A stretch of 64,000 nt of DNA from Flavobacteriales bacterium (lineage in GTDB: Bacteria; Bacteroidota; Bacteroidia; Flavobacteriales; UBA1820): the NCBI GenBank assembly GCA_017620815.1, contig JAGAUI010000012.1, positions 856 to 64,855 of the forward strand, read 5' to 3'. A program made the position numbers and the translations under genes. The stretch's first letter is position 1. Every line of letters starts with the position of its first letter. The notes beneath the pieces were generated by a model. That model was not told where the DNA came from. It made no database searches and saw only the letters and a program-made list of their open reading frames with translations. Below, one piece after another: positions 8,170 through 18,621 of this stretch.

Positions 8170-10428
8170 TTACTTTTTATCCCTTTTCACCCTCTCCACA
8201 AGGTCTAGTTCCTCTACCGCCACCTGTGTAGTAAACCACCCATAGTCCACCGTAGCACGTCCTTTCTCTATACGGTCTATCACTCCCACAGAAAATCCCC
8301 CCGAAAGACGGACTCTATCCCCTACACCTAGTGGCATATTAAGCTGTGGACGTTCCTCACGCATAGCCTCCTCTTCGGCTATCTGGGCACGTATAGGCTC
8401 TATCTCCTTCTGCATCTGGGCTTCTATACGGGCTCTTTCCTCTTCCTCTCGGCGAGCCTCTTCGGCCATACGTTTACGTTCGCGGGCTATAAGACGTTCT
8501 CTTTGCTTTTCGTCTTCAATAGCCTTCTGACGTTCCTTTTCCTTGATGGCTGCCGCTAGTTTTTCACCCCTACGAGCATTCTCCATCTCTATTATCTTCA
8601 TAAGAGAAGCTGCGAGGTCTTTTTTGGAGGTTTTTTTATAGAAATACGCCTCGGCAAGTGAGGATACCTTACGCCCTATCTGCACTTCTTTTACATTGCG
8701 GTCATAGAGCGCTTGGTATGATTCTAGTTTGGAATGTATCTTTTCGTTCTTTTTCTCCAATGCAGTAGCATGGCTCTCGGCTTTTTTCTGTGCCGATGTA
8801 AGCGAACGGCTCTTCTCAACGATAGATGATTTTTCCTTTTGCAGGGAGGCAATGGTGCGTTCCAGAAGTATCTTGTCGTGTTCCACACGCGAACGTGCTC
8901 GGTCTATGAGAGATTGTGATATACCGTTCATCTGTGCCACTTCAAATGTAAACGAACTACCCGCCTGCCCCACAAACAAACGATACAAAGGAGACAATGT
9001 CTTCTCATCAAAGAGCATTGAAGCATTGACAGCTTCGGGTAGTTTTTCTACCAGAAGTTTTATATTGGTATAGTGAGTAGTGAGGACTCCGTATGCACCA
9101 CGGCGGTAAAACTCCTCCAGAAATACCGACGCCAACGCTCCACCCAAATCTGGGTCTGAACCCGTACCAAATTCATCTATGAGAAAAAGTGTCTTGTCAT
9201 CACACACAGAAAGGAAATCGGCCATTTTTTTAAGACGATAGGAATATGTGGAGAGATGGTTCTCTATGGACTGATTGTCTCCTATGTCTGTGATGATGGT
9301 ATTAAAAAGACACATAGTGCTTTCTGGATTTACCGGCACTGGCAGTCCACACTGGAGCATTAGTTGGAGTAATCCAACTGTTTTAAGCGTGATACTCTTT
9401 CCTCCTGCATTGGGGCCAGATATAGCTATTATACGCCGCGAAGGCGTGAGGACTATGTTCTGTGGGAATGTCTCTCTCCCCTCACTACGATTGGCTAGTA
9501 GGAGTATGGGGTGATAGGCATCTATAAGATTCATTTTAAGCGAACGACTTACCTTGGGTAGGCAGGCTCCTATTTCATCGGCATAGCGGGCTTTGGCCTG
9601 CAAGAGGTCTATCTCGGTGAGTAGTTTTTGGCTTTTGGCTAGAAATAGAGTGTGGGGACGTATAGTAGCACATAGTGCTGTAAGTATTCTGTATATCTCC
9701 TTTTTCTCTTCTGCTAGTGCATCTGCCAATGCTCCCGATAGACGGCTGGTGCTTTCGGGTTCTATATAGACTATGCTACCTGTTTTGGAAGTACCCATAA
9801 ACATACCTGGGACTCTACGGCGATACATAGCCGATACAGCTAGTACCCGGCGATGGTCTATAACCGTCTCGCCTATCTCGTCCAGAAAACCATCGGCACG
9901 GTAACGGGACATATCATTACGGAATACACTATCTATGCTACCTCTTATAGATGAAATAGTACGTCTTATCTCTTTTAAGGCATCTGATGCCGTGTCTTTT
10001 ACCGTTCCATCACTATCTATCACCTCATCAATACTACGACATAGTTCTGGACAAGGAGTTATATCACTTATCTTCTTTTTAAGGTGAGTGAAAAAATCCT
10101 CATATCTCAATATATGCTCTATAATTGCATTGCTGCGAGAAGCTATCTCATAGATACGCATGAGTGCATCTATGGACAATGAAGAACCTTCTTTTGAGAG
10201 CAGTTTTATATCATTATCGGCTGTGGAAAATTCTGCCGAAGGAAACGCACTACCAGCATGACGCATGTATTCGTCTGTCTGACGCAATTCGGTAGAAAGA
10301 GCCGCTAGATTGCGGAATGGTCTTATATGTGAACACAGCTTACGTCCCTTATCACTACGACAATAAGGCAGTATAGCTGCTTTTACTTTTTCTAGTTCTA
10401 GGTCCTCTATGGTACGAGCATCTATCAT
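8170..10428 (-). CDS. mutS2: MutS2-family ATPase lacking the C-terminal Smr domain
   Basis: 752 aa. It has Walker A GPNAGGKS and Walker B LFLIDEFGTGSDP, a long K/E/R-rich coiled coil, and a KOW-like end (GDRVRLSGGFSVGVIDRIEKGRATVDYGWF..). The stop comes directly after the KOW-like segment, with no Smr motif. Confidence 0.8.
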   Translation of the reverse strand: MIDARTIEDLELEKVKAAILPYCRSDKGRKLCSHIRPFRNLAALSTELRQTDEYMRHAGSAFPSAEFSTADNDIKLLSKEGSSLSIDALMRIYEIASRSNAIIEHILRYEDFFTHLKKKISDITPCPELCRSIDEVIDSDGTVKDTASDALKEIRRTISSIRGSIDSVFRNDMSRYRADGFLDEIGETVIDHRRVLAVSAMYRRRVPGMFMGTSKTGSIVYIEPESTSRLSGALADALAEEKKEIYRILTALCATIRPHTLFLAKSQKLLTEIDLLQAKARYADEIGACLPKVSRSLKMNLIDAYHPILLLANRSEGRETFPQNIVLTPSRRIIAISGPNAGGKSITLKTVGLLQLMLQCGLPVPVNPESTMCLFNTIITDIGDNQSIENHLSTYSYRLKKMADFLSVCDDKTLFLIDEFGTGSDPDLGGALASVFLEEFYRRGAYGVLTTHYTNIKLLVEKLPEAVNASMLFDEKTLSPLYRLFVGQAGSSFTFEVAQMNGISQSLIDRARSRVEHDKILLERTIASLQKEKSSIVEKSRSLTSAQKKAESHATALEKKNEKIHSKLESYQALYDRNVKEVQIGRKVSSLAEAYFYKKTSKKDLAASLMKIIEMENARRGEKLAAAIKEKERQKAIEDEKQRERLIARERKRMAEEARREEEERARIEAQMQKEIEPIRAQIAEEEAMREERPQLNMPLGVGDRVRLSGGFSVGVIDRIEKGRATVDYGWFTTQVAVEELDLVERVKRDKK

Positions 10429-10450
10429 GAGAGTATATTATATTTATATA

Positions 10451-10777
10451 TCAATAGAGTTTAGGGTTATTGTGATGGCGGTCGTGGTCACGAGCTGTTT
10501 TAATCTCCATCTTACGTTCAAATGCAGTAGAAAGGTCTATACCTGCTGTATTGGCTATACACATAGTTACAAATATGACATCGGCTAGTTCCTCTCCCAA
10601 ATCTTGTCCTGCATCTGATTCCTTTTCACTCTGCTGTCCATAACGACGAGCTATTATGCGAGCCACTTCGCCTACTTCCTCTGTAAGTAGAGCCATATTG
10701 GTAAGTGGGTCAAAATAACGTACTCCGTGTTCTTTTATCCATTTATCTACCGCACATTGTGCATTTTTAATATCCAT
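10451..10777 (-). CDS. MazG-like nucleotide pyrophosphohydrolase (YpjD type)
   Basis: 108 aa. It has the EE.GEV..I..R...... E.LGEELADV all-alpha NTP-PPase motif. Confidence 0.8.
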   Translation of the reverse strand: MDIKNAQCAVDKWIKEHGVRYFDPLTNMALLTEEVGEVARIIARRYGQQSEKESDAGQDLGEELADVIFVTMCIANTAGIDLSTAFERKMEIKTARDHDRHHNNPKLY

Positions 10778-10988
10778 AGTTATATGTTTTGTGTTAAAAA
10801 CAGTTATATGAGGAAAAATATCTCTCGTGTATTGTTTTTATGAGTTTTTAATTCTTACCTTTGAAAAAACACATTTACAAGTGTCATACCATATATGTAA
10901 TACAGTATTTATGCCACATATATGAGCATACAAATTTACTAAATAATTTGAGCCGAGAGACAAATAATAACACATATACCTTTTATCT

Positions 10989-11354
10989 ATGGACCAAATA
11001 AGACTTAAAAGAATAGAGAGCCTGCTATGTGAAGATTTAAGTGAGATGTTGCGTCGTTGGGCAAAGGAAAACACCCGCGGCGTACTATTGAGCATAAGCA
11101 GTGTACGCGTAACCCCCGACCTCTCCATAGCACGTGTGAACATGAGCATTTTCCCTCCCGATGATAAAGAATCCATACTAGCCGCTGTCAAGGAACAGAC
11201 GTCTTACTTCCGTGGACAGTTGGGAGAAAAAGTACGCCATCAGTTGCGTAAAATACCAGAAGTGATATTCTACATAGACGAAGGATATCAACATATGGAA
11301 GAAATAGAAAAATGCCTAAGGGGAGAAGTAGATAACCCTATAAGGGATAAATAG
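10989..11354 (+). CDS. rbfA: ribosome-binding factor A
   Basis: 121 aa. The pattern R..RI...L...LSE.L, V..V.V..DLS.A.V.. and ..L....P...F..D is typical of RbfA, and the Bacteroidota synteny with the following FtsX-like permease is present. Confidence 0.85.
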   Translation: MDQIRLKRIESLLCEDLSEMLRRWAKENTRGVLLSISSVRVTPDLSIARVNMSIFPPDDKESILAAVKEQTSYFRGQLGEKVRHQLRKIPEVIFYIDEGYQHMEEIEKCLRGEVDNPIRDK

Positions 11355-11416
11355 ACTCTATAGCTTGCCGCCCTGCGGGCGGCACCCACCCACCACCCTT
11401 TAAATATTTCCAGAGT

Positions 11417-12640
11417 ATGTCTATCTCATCATACATAGCACGTCGTTATCTCTCCAGTAGCAGGAAGATATCACTCGTGGGTATTATCACCGCTATGGCT
11501 ATAGTTGGCATAGCGGTGAGTGCATTTGCTATGGTGGTGGTGCTGAGTGTATTTGCTGGGCTTAGGGAGCTCAACGAGAATTCTATGGATAGCATCTACC
11601 CCAGCATAGAGATAAGCCCTGCTACGGGTAAGACTATCACTGCCGATGCTAGTACGCTAACTCTCATAAGGGATATAGAAGGCATAGAATGTATCTCCCG
11701 CACCCTTACGGAAAAAGCATTTGTACGCTACCGTACAGGCGAAATTATCTCCCGTATCAAGGGGATAGATACCTCATACCTAGACGTAGTAGATATAGAT
11801 AGCATGATAGTAGGAGATGTTAATTTTGATGATGACAGACATAGTATCCCTCACGCATTAGTAGGAGTAAAAGTAGCCTACCTACTGCAAATGAACATTC
11901 CCGACCATGCCAATACTCTCACAGCTTATGTCCCTCAAAGTGGAACCACCACACGTGCTTTGTCTTCATTTTATAGAGATATATCATTCTACCCTACAGC
12001 ATATTTCACAGGACATGCCGATGAAGAAAATATCATCTATGTGCCTCTTTCTGCCATGCAAGAACTAATGGGACGTAGCGAAATGGAAGTAGGAGCGATA
12101 GAGATAAAAGTAAACGAGAGATATGACGAAGAAAAGATAGCCTCTGCATTAAGAGATAAACTGGGAGATGTATATAACATACGCACTAGTTCACAACTCA
12201 AATCCCTGATGCACAAAATCATAAACATAGAAAACGCTGTGTTGTATTTTGTGTTTGTTCTTATACTTATCATCGCAATGGCAGGCATAGTAGGAGCCGT
12301 TATAATGCTCATACTAGAAAAGAAAGATAATGTTTATACATTGCGAGCAATGGGTATGAGTAAAAAACAGATAAGACGCATATTTATATATGAAGGTCTT
12401 ATGAGCCTATGGATAGGAGCAGGCATAGGTCTTGCATGTGGCATAGCATTGGTCGTAGCACAAGAGACTTTTTCATTTATCACCATATCAGGTACTACCA
12501 GCATACCATATCCTGTATCTCTTACCCTATGGAACATCATTATCACTGTATGTAGCATAGGCATATTGGGTTATTTATCTACTCTTGTAGCTACCGCAGG
12601 AGTGAAAGACACATTCTATGAAAAAAGAGACGAAAGATAA
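11417..12640 (+). CDS. FtsX-like (LolC/E-type) ABC transporter permease
   Basis: 407 aa. An N-terminal TM segment, a large periplasmic loop and a C-terminal FtsX 3-TM domain (..L.A.GM....I..IF..EG..). Confidence 0.8.
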   Translation: MSISSYIARRYLSSSRKISLVGIITAMAIVGIAVSAFAMVVVLSVFAGLRELNENSMDSIYPSIEISPATGKTITADASTLTLIRDIEGIECISRTLTEKAFVRYRTGEIISRIKGIDTSYLDVVDIDSMIVGDVNFDDDRHSIPHALVGVKVAYLLQMNIPDHANTLTAYVPQSGTTTRALSSFYRDISFYPTAYFTGHADEENIIYVPLSAMQELMGRSEMEVGAIEIKVNERYDEEKIASALRDKLGDVYNIRTSSQLKSLMHKIINIENAVLYFVFVLILIIAMAGIVGAVIMLILEKKDNVYTLRAMGMSKKQIRRIFIYEGLMSLWIGAGIGLACGIALVVAQETFSFITISGTTSIPYPVSLTLWNIIITVCSIGILGYLSTLVATAGVKDTFYEKRDER

Positions 12641-13019
12641 TAACACTGCACATAGTATATCTGCCCACTATACATTGGGTATAGAGGGAGAGAGTATTGC
12701 CTGTCAATACTTGAGCAATACAGGATATAGAATACTCCACACCCGCTATCGCATAGAAGGCATAGAGATAGACATCATAGCCCGCAAGGAAGACATACTG
12801 GTATTTGTAGAGGTGAAGACACGTCGTAGCGATGCACTGGAATCCCCCCAAGATGCAGTAGATATAAAAAAACAACATCGTATGATACGTGCTGCCAATG
12901 CCTATATGCAGGACTGTGAAGAAGACCTGTCCATACGGTTTGATATCATAGCCATAGTAACCAATGCTCATCATAGTCGCATAGACCACATAGAAGACGC
13001 ATTCTCGCCATTTGTGTGA
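12618..13019 (+). CDS. YraN (UPF0102) family endonuclease
   Basis: 133 aa. It has GE..A..YL...GY.IL..... ..G.EIDIIA......VFVEVKTR. It overlaps the upstream permease gene by 23 nt. Confidence 0.85.
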   Translation: MKKETKDNNTAHSISAHYTLGIEGESIACQYLSNTGYRILHTRYRIEGIEIDIIARKEDILVFVEVKTRRSDALESPQDAVDIKKQHRMIRAANAYMQDCEEDLSIRFDIIAIVTNAHHSRIDHIEDAFSPFV

Positions 13020-13040
13020 TGAGAATTGAGGGTTTATTTA

Positions 13041-13048
13041 TACTTTTG
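13041..13048 (+). promoter_or_regulatory. Bacteroides -7 box (TActTTTG) upstream of mnmA
   Basis: Exact TAnnTTTG match, 31 nt upstream of the mnmA ATG. Confidence 0.4.
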
Positions 13049-13079
13049 CCTGTAAAATGATAGAATCACATACCACGAT

Positions 13080-14288
13080 ATGAAAGACGTTAAAAACACA
13101 AGAGTAGTAGTAGGACTTTCTGGAGGAGTAGATAGTTCTGTGGCAGCATACCTGCTCAAAGAACAAGGCTATGAAGTCATAGGGCTGTTTATGAAAAACT
13201 GGCACGATACATCGGTTACTATTTCCAAAGAATGTCCTTGGCTGGAAGACAGCAATGATGCTATGATGGTAGCTCAAAGTCTAGGCATACCATTTTCTGT
13301 GGTTGATTTAAGCGATATTTACCGCGAAAAAGTCGTGGATTATATGTTCTCTGAATATGAAAAGGGTCGCACTCCAAATCCCGATGTGCTATGTAACCGC
13401 GAGATAAAATTTGATGTGTTTCTACATGCTGCACAGGAATTGGGAGCCGATATGGTAGCCACTGGTCACTATGCCCGTGTAGAAGAAACAGAGATAAACG
13501 GTGAAAAAGTATATAGACTGCTATGTGGACTAGATGGGAATAAAGACCAGAGCTATTTCCTATGCCAACTCTCACAGGAACAACTCTCACATGCTATGTT
13601 CCCCATAGGAGAAATGGAAAAACCCCACGTGAGAGAGATAGCTGCTTCTCTGGGACTGGTTACAGCAGAAAAAAAAGACAGCCAAGGGATATGTTTTGTA
13701 GGGAAGGTAAAACTACCCGAATTCCTTAAACAAAAACTAGCCGCACGCGATGGTCAGATAATAGAAATCCCAGCCGATAGTCCTATATACACTCAACGCC
13801 AGAGTGAGTTAGACTCTCTTTCGGGAGATGAAAAGATGAAACTTTCCTCCCTTAAATATAACTATACCCCCCATGATGGTAAAGTGATAGGCACACACCA
13901 CGGAGCTCATTTTTTCACTTGTGGACAGCGTAAAGGGCTGGACGTGGGAGGACACGCATTCCCACTTTTTGTCATAGATACAGACACTAGTGAAAACATA
14001 GTCTATGTAGGCGAAGGTAAAGACCATGCAGGTCTATATCGTCAGTCTTTATTTATCCCATCACAGGACGAACACTGGGTGAGAGAGGATATGGCTCTTA
14101 AAAATGGAGAAAGCCTAGATGTAATGGTACGCATACGCTACCGCCAACCTCTAGAAAAAGCCACCCTCCACAAACGCCCAGAAGGTATCTACATTACATT
14201 CTCTCGCCCACAGAGTGCCGTTACCAGCGGGCAATTTGCAGCGGCATACATAGATGAAGAATTGGTTTTCAGTGGTGTCATAAATTAG
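13080..14288 (+). CDS. mnmA: tRNA 2-thiouridine(34) synthase
   Basis: 402 aa. It has the PP-loop [12 protein letters not shown], plus NPD..CN..IKF and QSYFL. Confidence 0.95.
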   Translation: MKDVKNTRVVVGLSGGVDSSVAAYLLKEQGYEVIGLFMKNWHDTSVTISKECPWLEDSNDAMMVAQSLGIPFSVVDLSDIYREKVVDYMFSEYEKGRTPNPDVLCNREIKFDVFLHAAQELGADMVATGHYARVEETEINGEKVYRLLCGLDGNKDQSYFLCQLSQEQLSHAMFPIGEMEKPHVREIAASLGLVTAEKKDSQGICFVGKVKLPEFLKQKLAARDGQIIEIPADSPIYTQRQSELDSLSGDEKMKLSSLKYNYTPHDGKVIGTHHGAHFFTCGQRKGLDVGGHAFPLFVIDTDTSENIVYVGEGKDHAGLYRQSLFIPSQDEHWVREDMALKNGESLDVMVRIRYRQPLEKATLHKRPEGIYITFSRPQSAVTSGQFAAAYIDEELVFSGVIN

Positions 14289-14447
14289 TGCCAAAAATTT
14301 TTATTATTCTTAAAAAGAGAAAAAAAGCACAATATCCCACTCTAAATTTGTAACTTTGCACATTGCAAGTAATGTACCCCTATACCACAGGTAATAAATA
14401 TGTGTTCAGGGTGCTTTTAGAGTTAAATTTTTATTAAAGATAATATA

Positions 14448-15248
14448 ATGAAAAACAAGAGGATATTGTATGTTTCTTCGGAACTTACTCCCTACTTGCC
14501 ATCATCACACATGGCAGACACTTCATTGGATTTGCCCAAACTAATGCAGGAAGAAGGCTGTGATGTGAGGATATTTATGCCACGTTTTGGCTGTATAAAC
14601 GAACGCCGTCATCAGCTCCATGAGGTGATACGTCTATCTGGCATGAATATGGTAGTCAATGACATAGACCAGCCACTTATAATCAAGGTAGCATCTGTTC
14701 CTCGCGAACGCCTACAAGTGTATTTCATAGATAATCAGGAGTATTTTAAAACTCGTTGTCGTGAATATGATGAGAATGGAATTCCTTGTGCCAATAACGA
14801 CGAACGTGCTATATTTTTTGCCAAAGGCGTGATAGAAACCGTCAAAAAACTCAATTGGAGTCCAGACATTATCCACGTCAATGGTTGGTTGAGCTACATG
14901 CTGCCTATATATGTCAATACTCTGTATAAAAATGACCCTGCATTTGCCGAAGCCAAGATAGTTACATCCATCTTTGGTGAGCCTTATGAAGGAACCATGG
15001 ATACAGATATGATTAAAAAACTATCATTTGACGGTATAGACGAAGCCCTACTGGCCGAACCAACATTTGAAAATTTAACAAAAACTTCTCTTAAATACAC
15101 CCAAGCAGTGGTGGTGGACAACCCAGACACATTTGCTTTTGTTATAGATGAAGTAAAAAATCGTAAATTGCCCTGCATTTCACACACTGTGGGAGAAACC
15201 GCATATCGTGAGAAATACATAGAACTATACAAGAAAATTTCTGAATAA
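14448..15248 (+). CDS. short Bacteroidota-type glycogen/starch synthase-like protein (GT5 N-terminal domain only)
   Basis: 266 aa. ILYVSSE..PY.. and ..PD..H.N.W are typical of the starch-synthase catalytic domain. From memory, pairing with a downstream DUF4270 gene is conserved in Bacteroidota. Confidence 0.7.
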   Translation: MKNKRILYVSSELTPYLPSSHMADTSLDLPKLMQEEGCDVRIFMPRFGCINERRHQLHEVIRLSGMNMVVNDIDQPLIIKVASVPRERLQVYFIDNQEYFKTRCREYDENGIPCANNDERAIFFAKGVIETVKKLNWSPDIIHVNGWLSYMLPIYVNTLYKNDPAFAEAKIVTSIFGEPYEGTMDTDMIKKLSFDGIDEALLAEPTFENLTKTSLKYTQAVVVDNPDTFAFVIDEVKNRKLPCISHTVGETAYREKYIELYKKISE

Positions 15249-15261
15249 TAATACGCTATAA

Positions 15262-16980
15262 ATGAAATATTTACAGTTATTTAAGTCTAGAAAATTAAAT
15301 ATAGCAACATATATAATTGCTTTTACTGTATCTCTTGCACTTTTTGCCTCATGCCAACGCAAAGAGTTCTATACTGGTACAGACATAGTAGATGGAGACA
15401 AGATATCCATAGGAGAAATATCTCTACCAGTAAAGGCTTGGAGTGTAAAGGACTTCTCTCGTGATACACTTACAGGTAGAGCCCACCAAGGCAAGATATG
15501 GGACCCTAAAAACGCCGGTTCAAATATCATGCAGTTCTTCTTTAATATGGTGGGTAACTATGATATACCGGGTATATGTACAGTAGAGGCTGGATTTGCT
15601 ACCAATCTTCAACTCTTGACTAGTATTGCCAACTTTGGAGATATAATAGTGGATTCGGTAGAGATGCACATAAGCTATACCCCTATAGACACCCTTCTAT
15701 CTAGTGCACAAGGTTATCTAGGGTACTATACCAATGAACAGATATATAAAGGTGTAATGTCCCCTCACGAATATATGGTGTATGGTAACCCATATAACCA
15801 CCAAATGAATCTGGAGATATATCGTTTGGCCGAGGATATCCCTAGCGAGACCCAGACAACCGATGACGGTGAAAAAAAGAACTTTATCCCTCTTAATAAA
15901 AAATGGGCTCTTGCAGAAAAAATCCATTCAGAGAGCTTCTATATGGAAATAGATACCATTAAATCTACCTCCACAGTAGAAGACACGATTATAACTTATG
16001 ATGATGAAGGTACTGTTCTAGACTGTACATATGTATATGCAGACTCTATCTATCCTCGCATAAGCATGAAACTAGATAAAGCATACTGGCAGGATATCAT
16101 GGACCAGTGGGCTGGCAAGGTGATGACCCTAGAAGATTTCTCTAAATACTTCAAAGGTCTTTACTTCAAGGCTACAGATGGTCTTACAACTCCTCTATTT
16201 ATGCTAGACCTTTACCAAGGTCAAGGTGATACACGTACTGCCGAAATATGTATCTATTACCGCACTAGCTCAGTGACAGGACAGACAGCATATCTTACAT
16301 TCAATTCTGTGGGGGCAAGCGTCAATTCTGCCAACTCAATTCAAGTTACATATGACCCTGCTGTCAATGCTTCGCTAGAAAACCCAGATACACTCAATGG
16401 AGAAAAAGACCTTTACATACTCCCATTCGGTGGTTCTGAAGTAGTGGTTGACCTCATAAGTGAGGAAAACATAAAGATGATAAGAGATAAAGGTTGGATT
16501 ATAAACGAAGCATACATAGACTTTAAAAATAAAGGGCATGACATATCGGTAGGAAATTTCCCTGCGGTAGAGTTATGGATGTATCGCCATCCTTATGGAT
16601 ACCAGTTCATATATTTTGATGATAACTATGGTTATCCTATACAGAAGGTAGATTATTTCTTGCCAGACGAAGCTATTTTTGTAGAAAGTGCAGATGGTGG
16701 TTGGCTATACTCTCCACAATATGATTACGGCATCAATGGTATTATAAACCAGAATTCAGACGATGTCAAATTTGTAAAACCCGGAACTTACCGTATGCAC
16801 GTTACTCGCACACTCATAGATATAGTATATGGCAATGCCAAAAACGTGAAACTAGGATTGCGTCTGCCACTAGGTGTAACCGAGATTTCTCCATTTATGT
16901 CAATACTAGATGGTAGTAATCTAGAACTTAAAATAAAATACACCAAACTAAAAGACAGCAGCACACCTAGCAACCCTTAA
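15262..16980 (+). CDS. DUF4270-like lipoprotein
   Basis: 572 aa with a signal peptide and lipobox (LFASC). Its position directly after the glycogen-synthase-like gene matches DUF4270 synteny. The family assignment is from memory. Confidence 0.5.
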   Translation: MKYLQLFKSRKLNIATYIIAFTVSLALFASCQRKEFYTGTDIVDGDKISIGEISLPVKAWSVKDFSRDTLTGRAHQGKIWDPKNAGSNIMQFFFNMVGNYDIPGICTVEAGFATNLQLLTSIANFGDIIVDSVEMHISYTPIDTLLSSAQGYLGYYTNEQIYKGVMSPHEYMVYGNPYNHQMNLEIYRLAEDIPSETQTTDDGEKKNFIPLNKKWALAEKIHSESFYMEIDTIKSTSTVEDTIITYDDEGTVLDCTYVYADSIYPRISMKLDKAYWQDIMDQWAGKVMTLEDFSKYFKGLYFKATDGLTTPLFMLDLYQGQGDTRTAEICIYYRTSSVTGQTAYLTFNSVGASVNSANSIQVTYDPAVNASLENPDTLNGEKDLYILPFGGSEVVVDLISEENIKMIRDKGWIINEAYIDFKNKGHDISVGNFPAVELWMYRHPYGYQFIYFDDNYGYPIQKVDYFLPDEAIFVESADGGWLYSPQYDYGINGIINQNSDDVKFVKPGTYRMHVTRTLIDIVYGNAKNVKLGLRLPLGVTEISPFMSILDGSNLELKIKYTKLKDSSTPSNP

Positions 16981-17000
16981 AAAGATAAATAACGCATACT

Positions 17001-17041
17001 CAGCAAAAAGGCAGCCCCTTTCAGGGGCTGCCTTTTTGCTG
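17001..17041. terminator. bidirectional intrinsic terminator (19-bp perfect stem)
   Basis: cagcaaaaaggcagcccct-ttc-aggggctgcctttttgctg sits between convergent genes. Confidence 0.8.
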
Positions 17042-17065
17042 AAAGTATCATCTTATGTTTTTCTC

Positions 17066-17572
17066 TTACTTAAAGATGTGGTGCATAAGACGTTTTTTAT
17101 CGGCTATGCTTTCTTCCAGAGATATCATATTTTCCGTACGAGTAACACCGTCTATTTCATCCATCATAAATATGATTTCTTTGGCGTGGTGAGTATCACG
17201 AGCTATTATCTCACAGAATATATTATACTGTCCTGTGGTAAGATGTGCCACGATGACATAAGGTATTTTTTTAAGTTCGGCTATAACGTGTGATGTTTTA
17301 CCTGTCTTTTCTAGATAAAGACCTACATATGCTGTAAACGAAAATCCCATCTTGGAATAATCAACATTAAGTGTAGAGCCTGTGATTATACCTGCCTCTT
17401 CCATCTTTCTCACACGTACATGAACTGTCCCTGCCGATATTATAAGCTTTTTGGCTATTTCTGTATATGGCATTCGCGTGTTTTCTATAAGAAGTTCCAG
17501 TATCTGGTTATCTATTTCATCCAATTGATAGTTGGACGCTCCTGTACGAGGACTTAATGATTTGTTTTCCAT
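17066..17572 (-). CDS. Lrp/AsnC family transcriptional regulator
   Basis: 168 aa. An N-terminal HTH (LD..D..IL..L..N.R....EIAK.L..S..TV..R...ME..G.I) is followed by a C-terminal RAM/AsnC_trans_reg domain. Confidence 0.9.
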   Translation of the reverse strand: MENKSLSPRTGASNYQLDEIDNQILELLIENTRMPYTEIAKKLIISAGTVHVRVRKMEEAGIITGSTLNVDYSKMGFSFTAYVGLYLEKTGKTSHVIAELKKIPYVIVAHLTTGQYNIFCEIIARDTHHAKEIIFMMDEIDGVTRTENMISLEESIADKKRLMHHIFK

Positions 17573-17782
17573 ATGTAGATGTATATTATATGTGTTATTT
17601 ACGCATCAAAAATATATAATTCTCAATAAAAAGTCAAATATTTTTCAAAATATTTACAAATACTCATATTATCGCCCATATATTCAAAATAAAAACACTA
17701 TAGGGATAGGAAAAACAAAAAGATATTGTGCAGTTAAAATGAAAAAAAGGTATATTTGCTATGTAAACAAAAACTTATCATC

Positions 17783-18550
17783 ATGAAATACAAATACCTT
17801 ATCCTATTACTTCTATCTATCATAGTCATAGATGGTTATGCCAAAAAACTCCCTCGTAAAATAGTACGCGACTCTCTTCCTGTGATGACAGAACGCTGTA
17901 AAATACTCCTCAAAGCCGCTTATATGGAAGGCACCCTTTTGGGTGAGACAGACACCATTCCCGGATGGGAAGGATACCCTGTAAAACTATATGAATACTA
18001 CACAGGTACAGACGTACGTATCAATGCTCCCAAAAAAGGCAAGGTTTATATGCTCAACCCTTCGCCAGAAAAACTAGCTATGTGGATACTCACCACATCT
18101 TGGGAGGCAAAAGGAAACGTGGATTATGAAAACACCAAGAAAATATATGACCGCATACACCACCAAAGCGGAGCCCAATTCCCTGTATCGGGCGTAGTGT
18201 ATGAGGCTATGTACCGCGAAGGCGAATACTACCCATACCTTTTCAAGGATGGTGTAACGGTATATCTTAAAGACAGTACATACTTTGCTCGTGATGAACA
18301 CCCCAACGAAGAAATGCTAGACTTCTACCTACGTATGCAGTATTCAGACCTTACAGAACGTACAGGTACTTGGGCACGTATATGCAGTACCAACCGAGAG
18401 ATGTACACCGCGGCCGGTGGAACAGTAGATGTGGGCACTAGCCAGAAAAAGAAACAGATATGGTTACAAGTGGTACGCGACCTTTATAAAAAGGCTTGGA
18501 AGAGTGATAAAAACGAGCTAATGATAGCTTGGGCAAAGAGTGCTCTATAA
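17783..18550 (+). CDS. hypothetical secreted protein
   Basis: I moved the ORF-track start from 17756 to the ATG at 17783, which gives a signal peptide (MKYKYLILLLLSIIVIDGYA). A TAtaTTTG box at 17751-17758 lies 24 nt upstream. I recognise no family. Confidence 0.5.
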   Translation: MKYKYLILLLLSIIVIDGYAKKLPRKIVRDSLPVMTERCKILLKAAYMEGTLLGETDTIPGWEGYPVKLYEYYTGTDVRINAPKKGKVYMLNPSPEKLAMWILTTSWEAKGNVDYENTKKIYDRIHHQSGAQFPVSGVVYEAMYREGEYYPYLFKDGVTVYLKDSTYFARDEHPNEEMLDFYLRMQYSDLTERTGTWARICSTNREMYTAAGGTVDVGTSQKKKQIWLQVVRDLYKKAWKSDKNELMIAWAKSAL

Positions 18551-18567
18551 TTAAATAATGAACCTAT

Positions 18568-18600
18568 AAAAAGCCCCGCCACATGTGGCGGGGCTTCTTA
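18568..18600. terminator. intrinsic terminator (mainly for mdh on the minus strand)
   Basis: aagccccgcca-catg-tggcggggctt has an 11-bp perfect stem. The U-run is on the minus-strand side. Confidence 0.7.
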
Positions 18601-18621
18601 TTGACGAGTTCTATATGCTGA

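Noticed and set aside
10838-11191. 117-aa minus-strand ORF spanning the mazG-rbfA spacer and the rbfA start
   Set aside because: It overlaps rbfA antisense, lacks any motif, and begins inside rbfA coding sequence.
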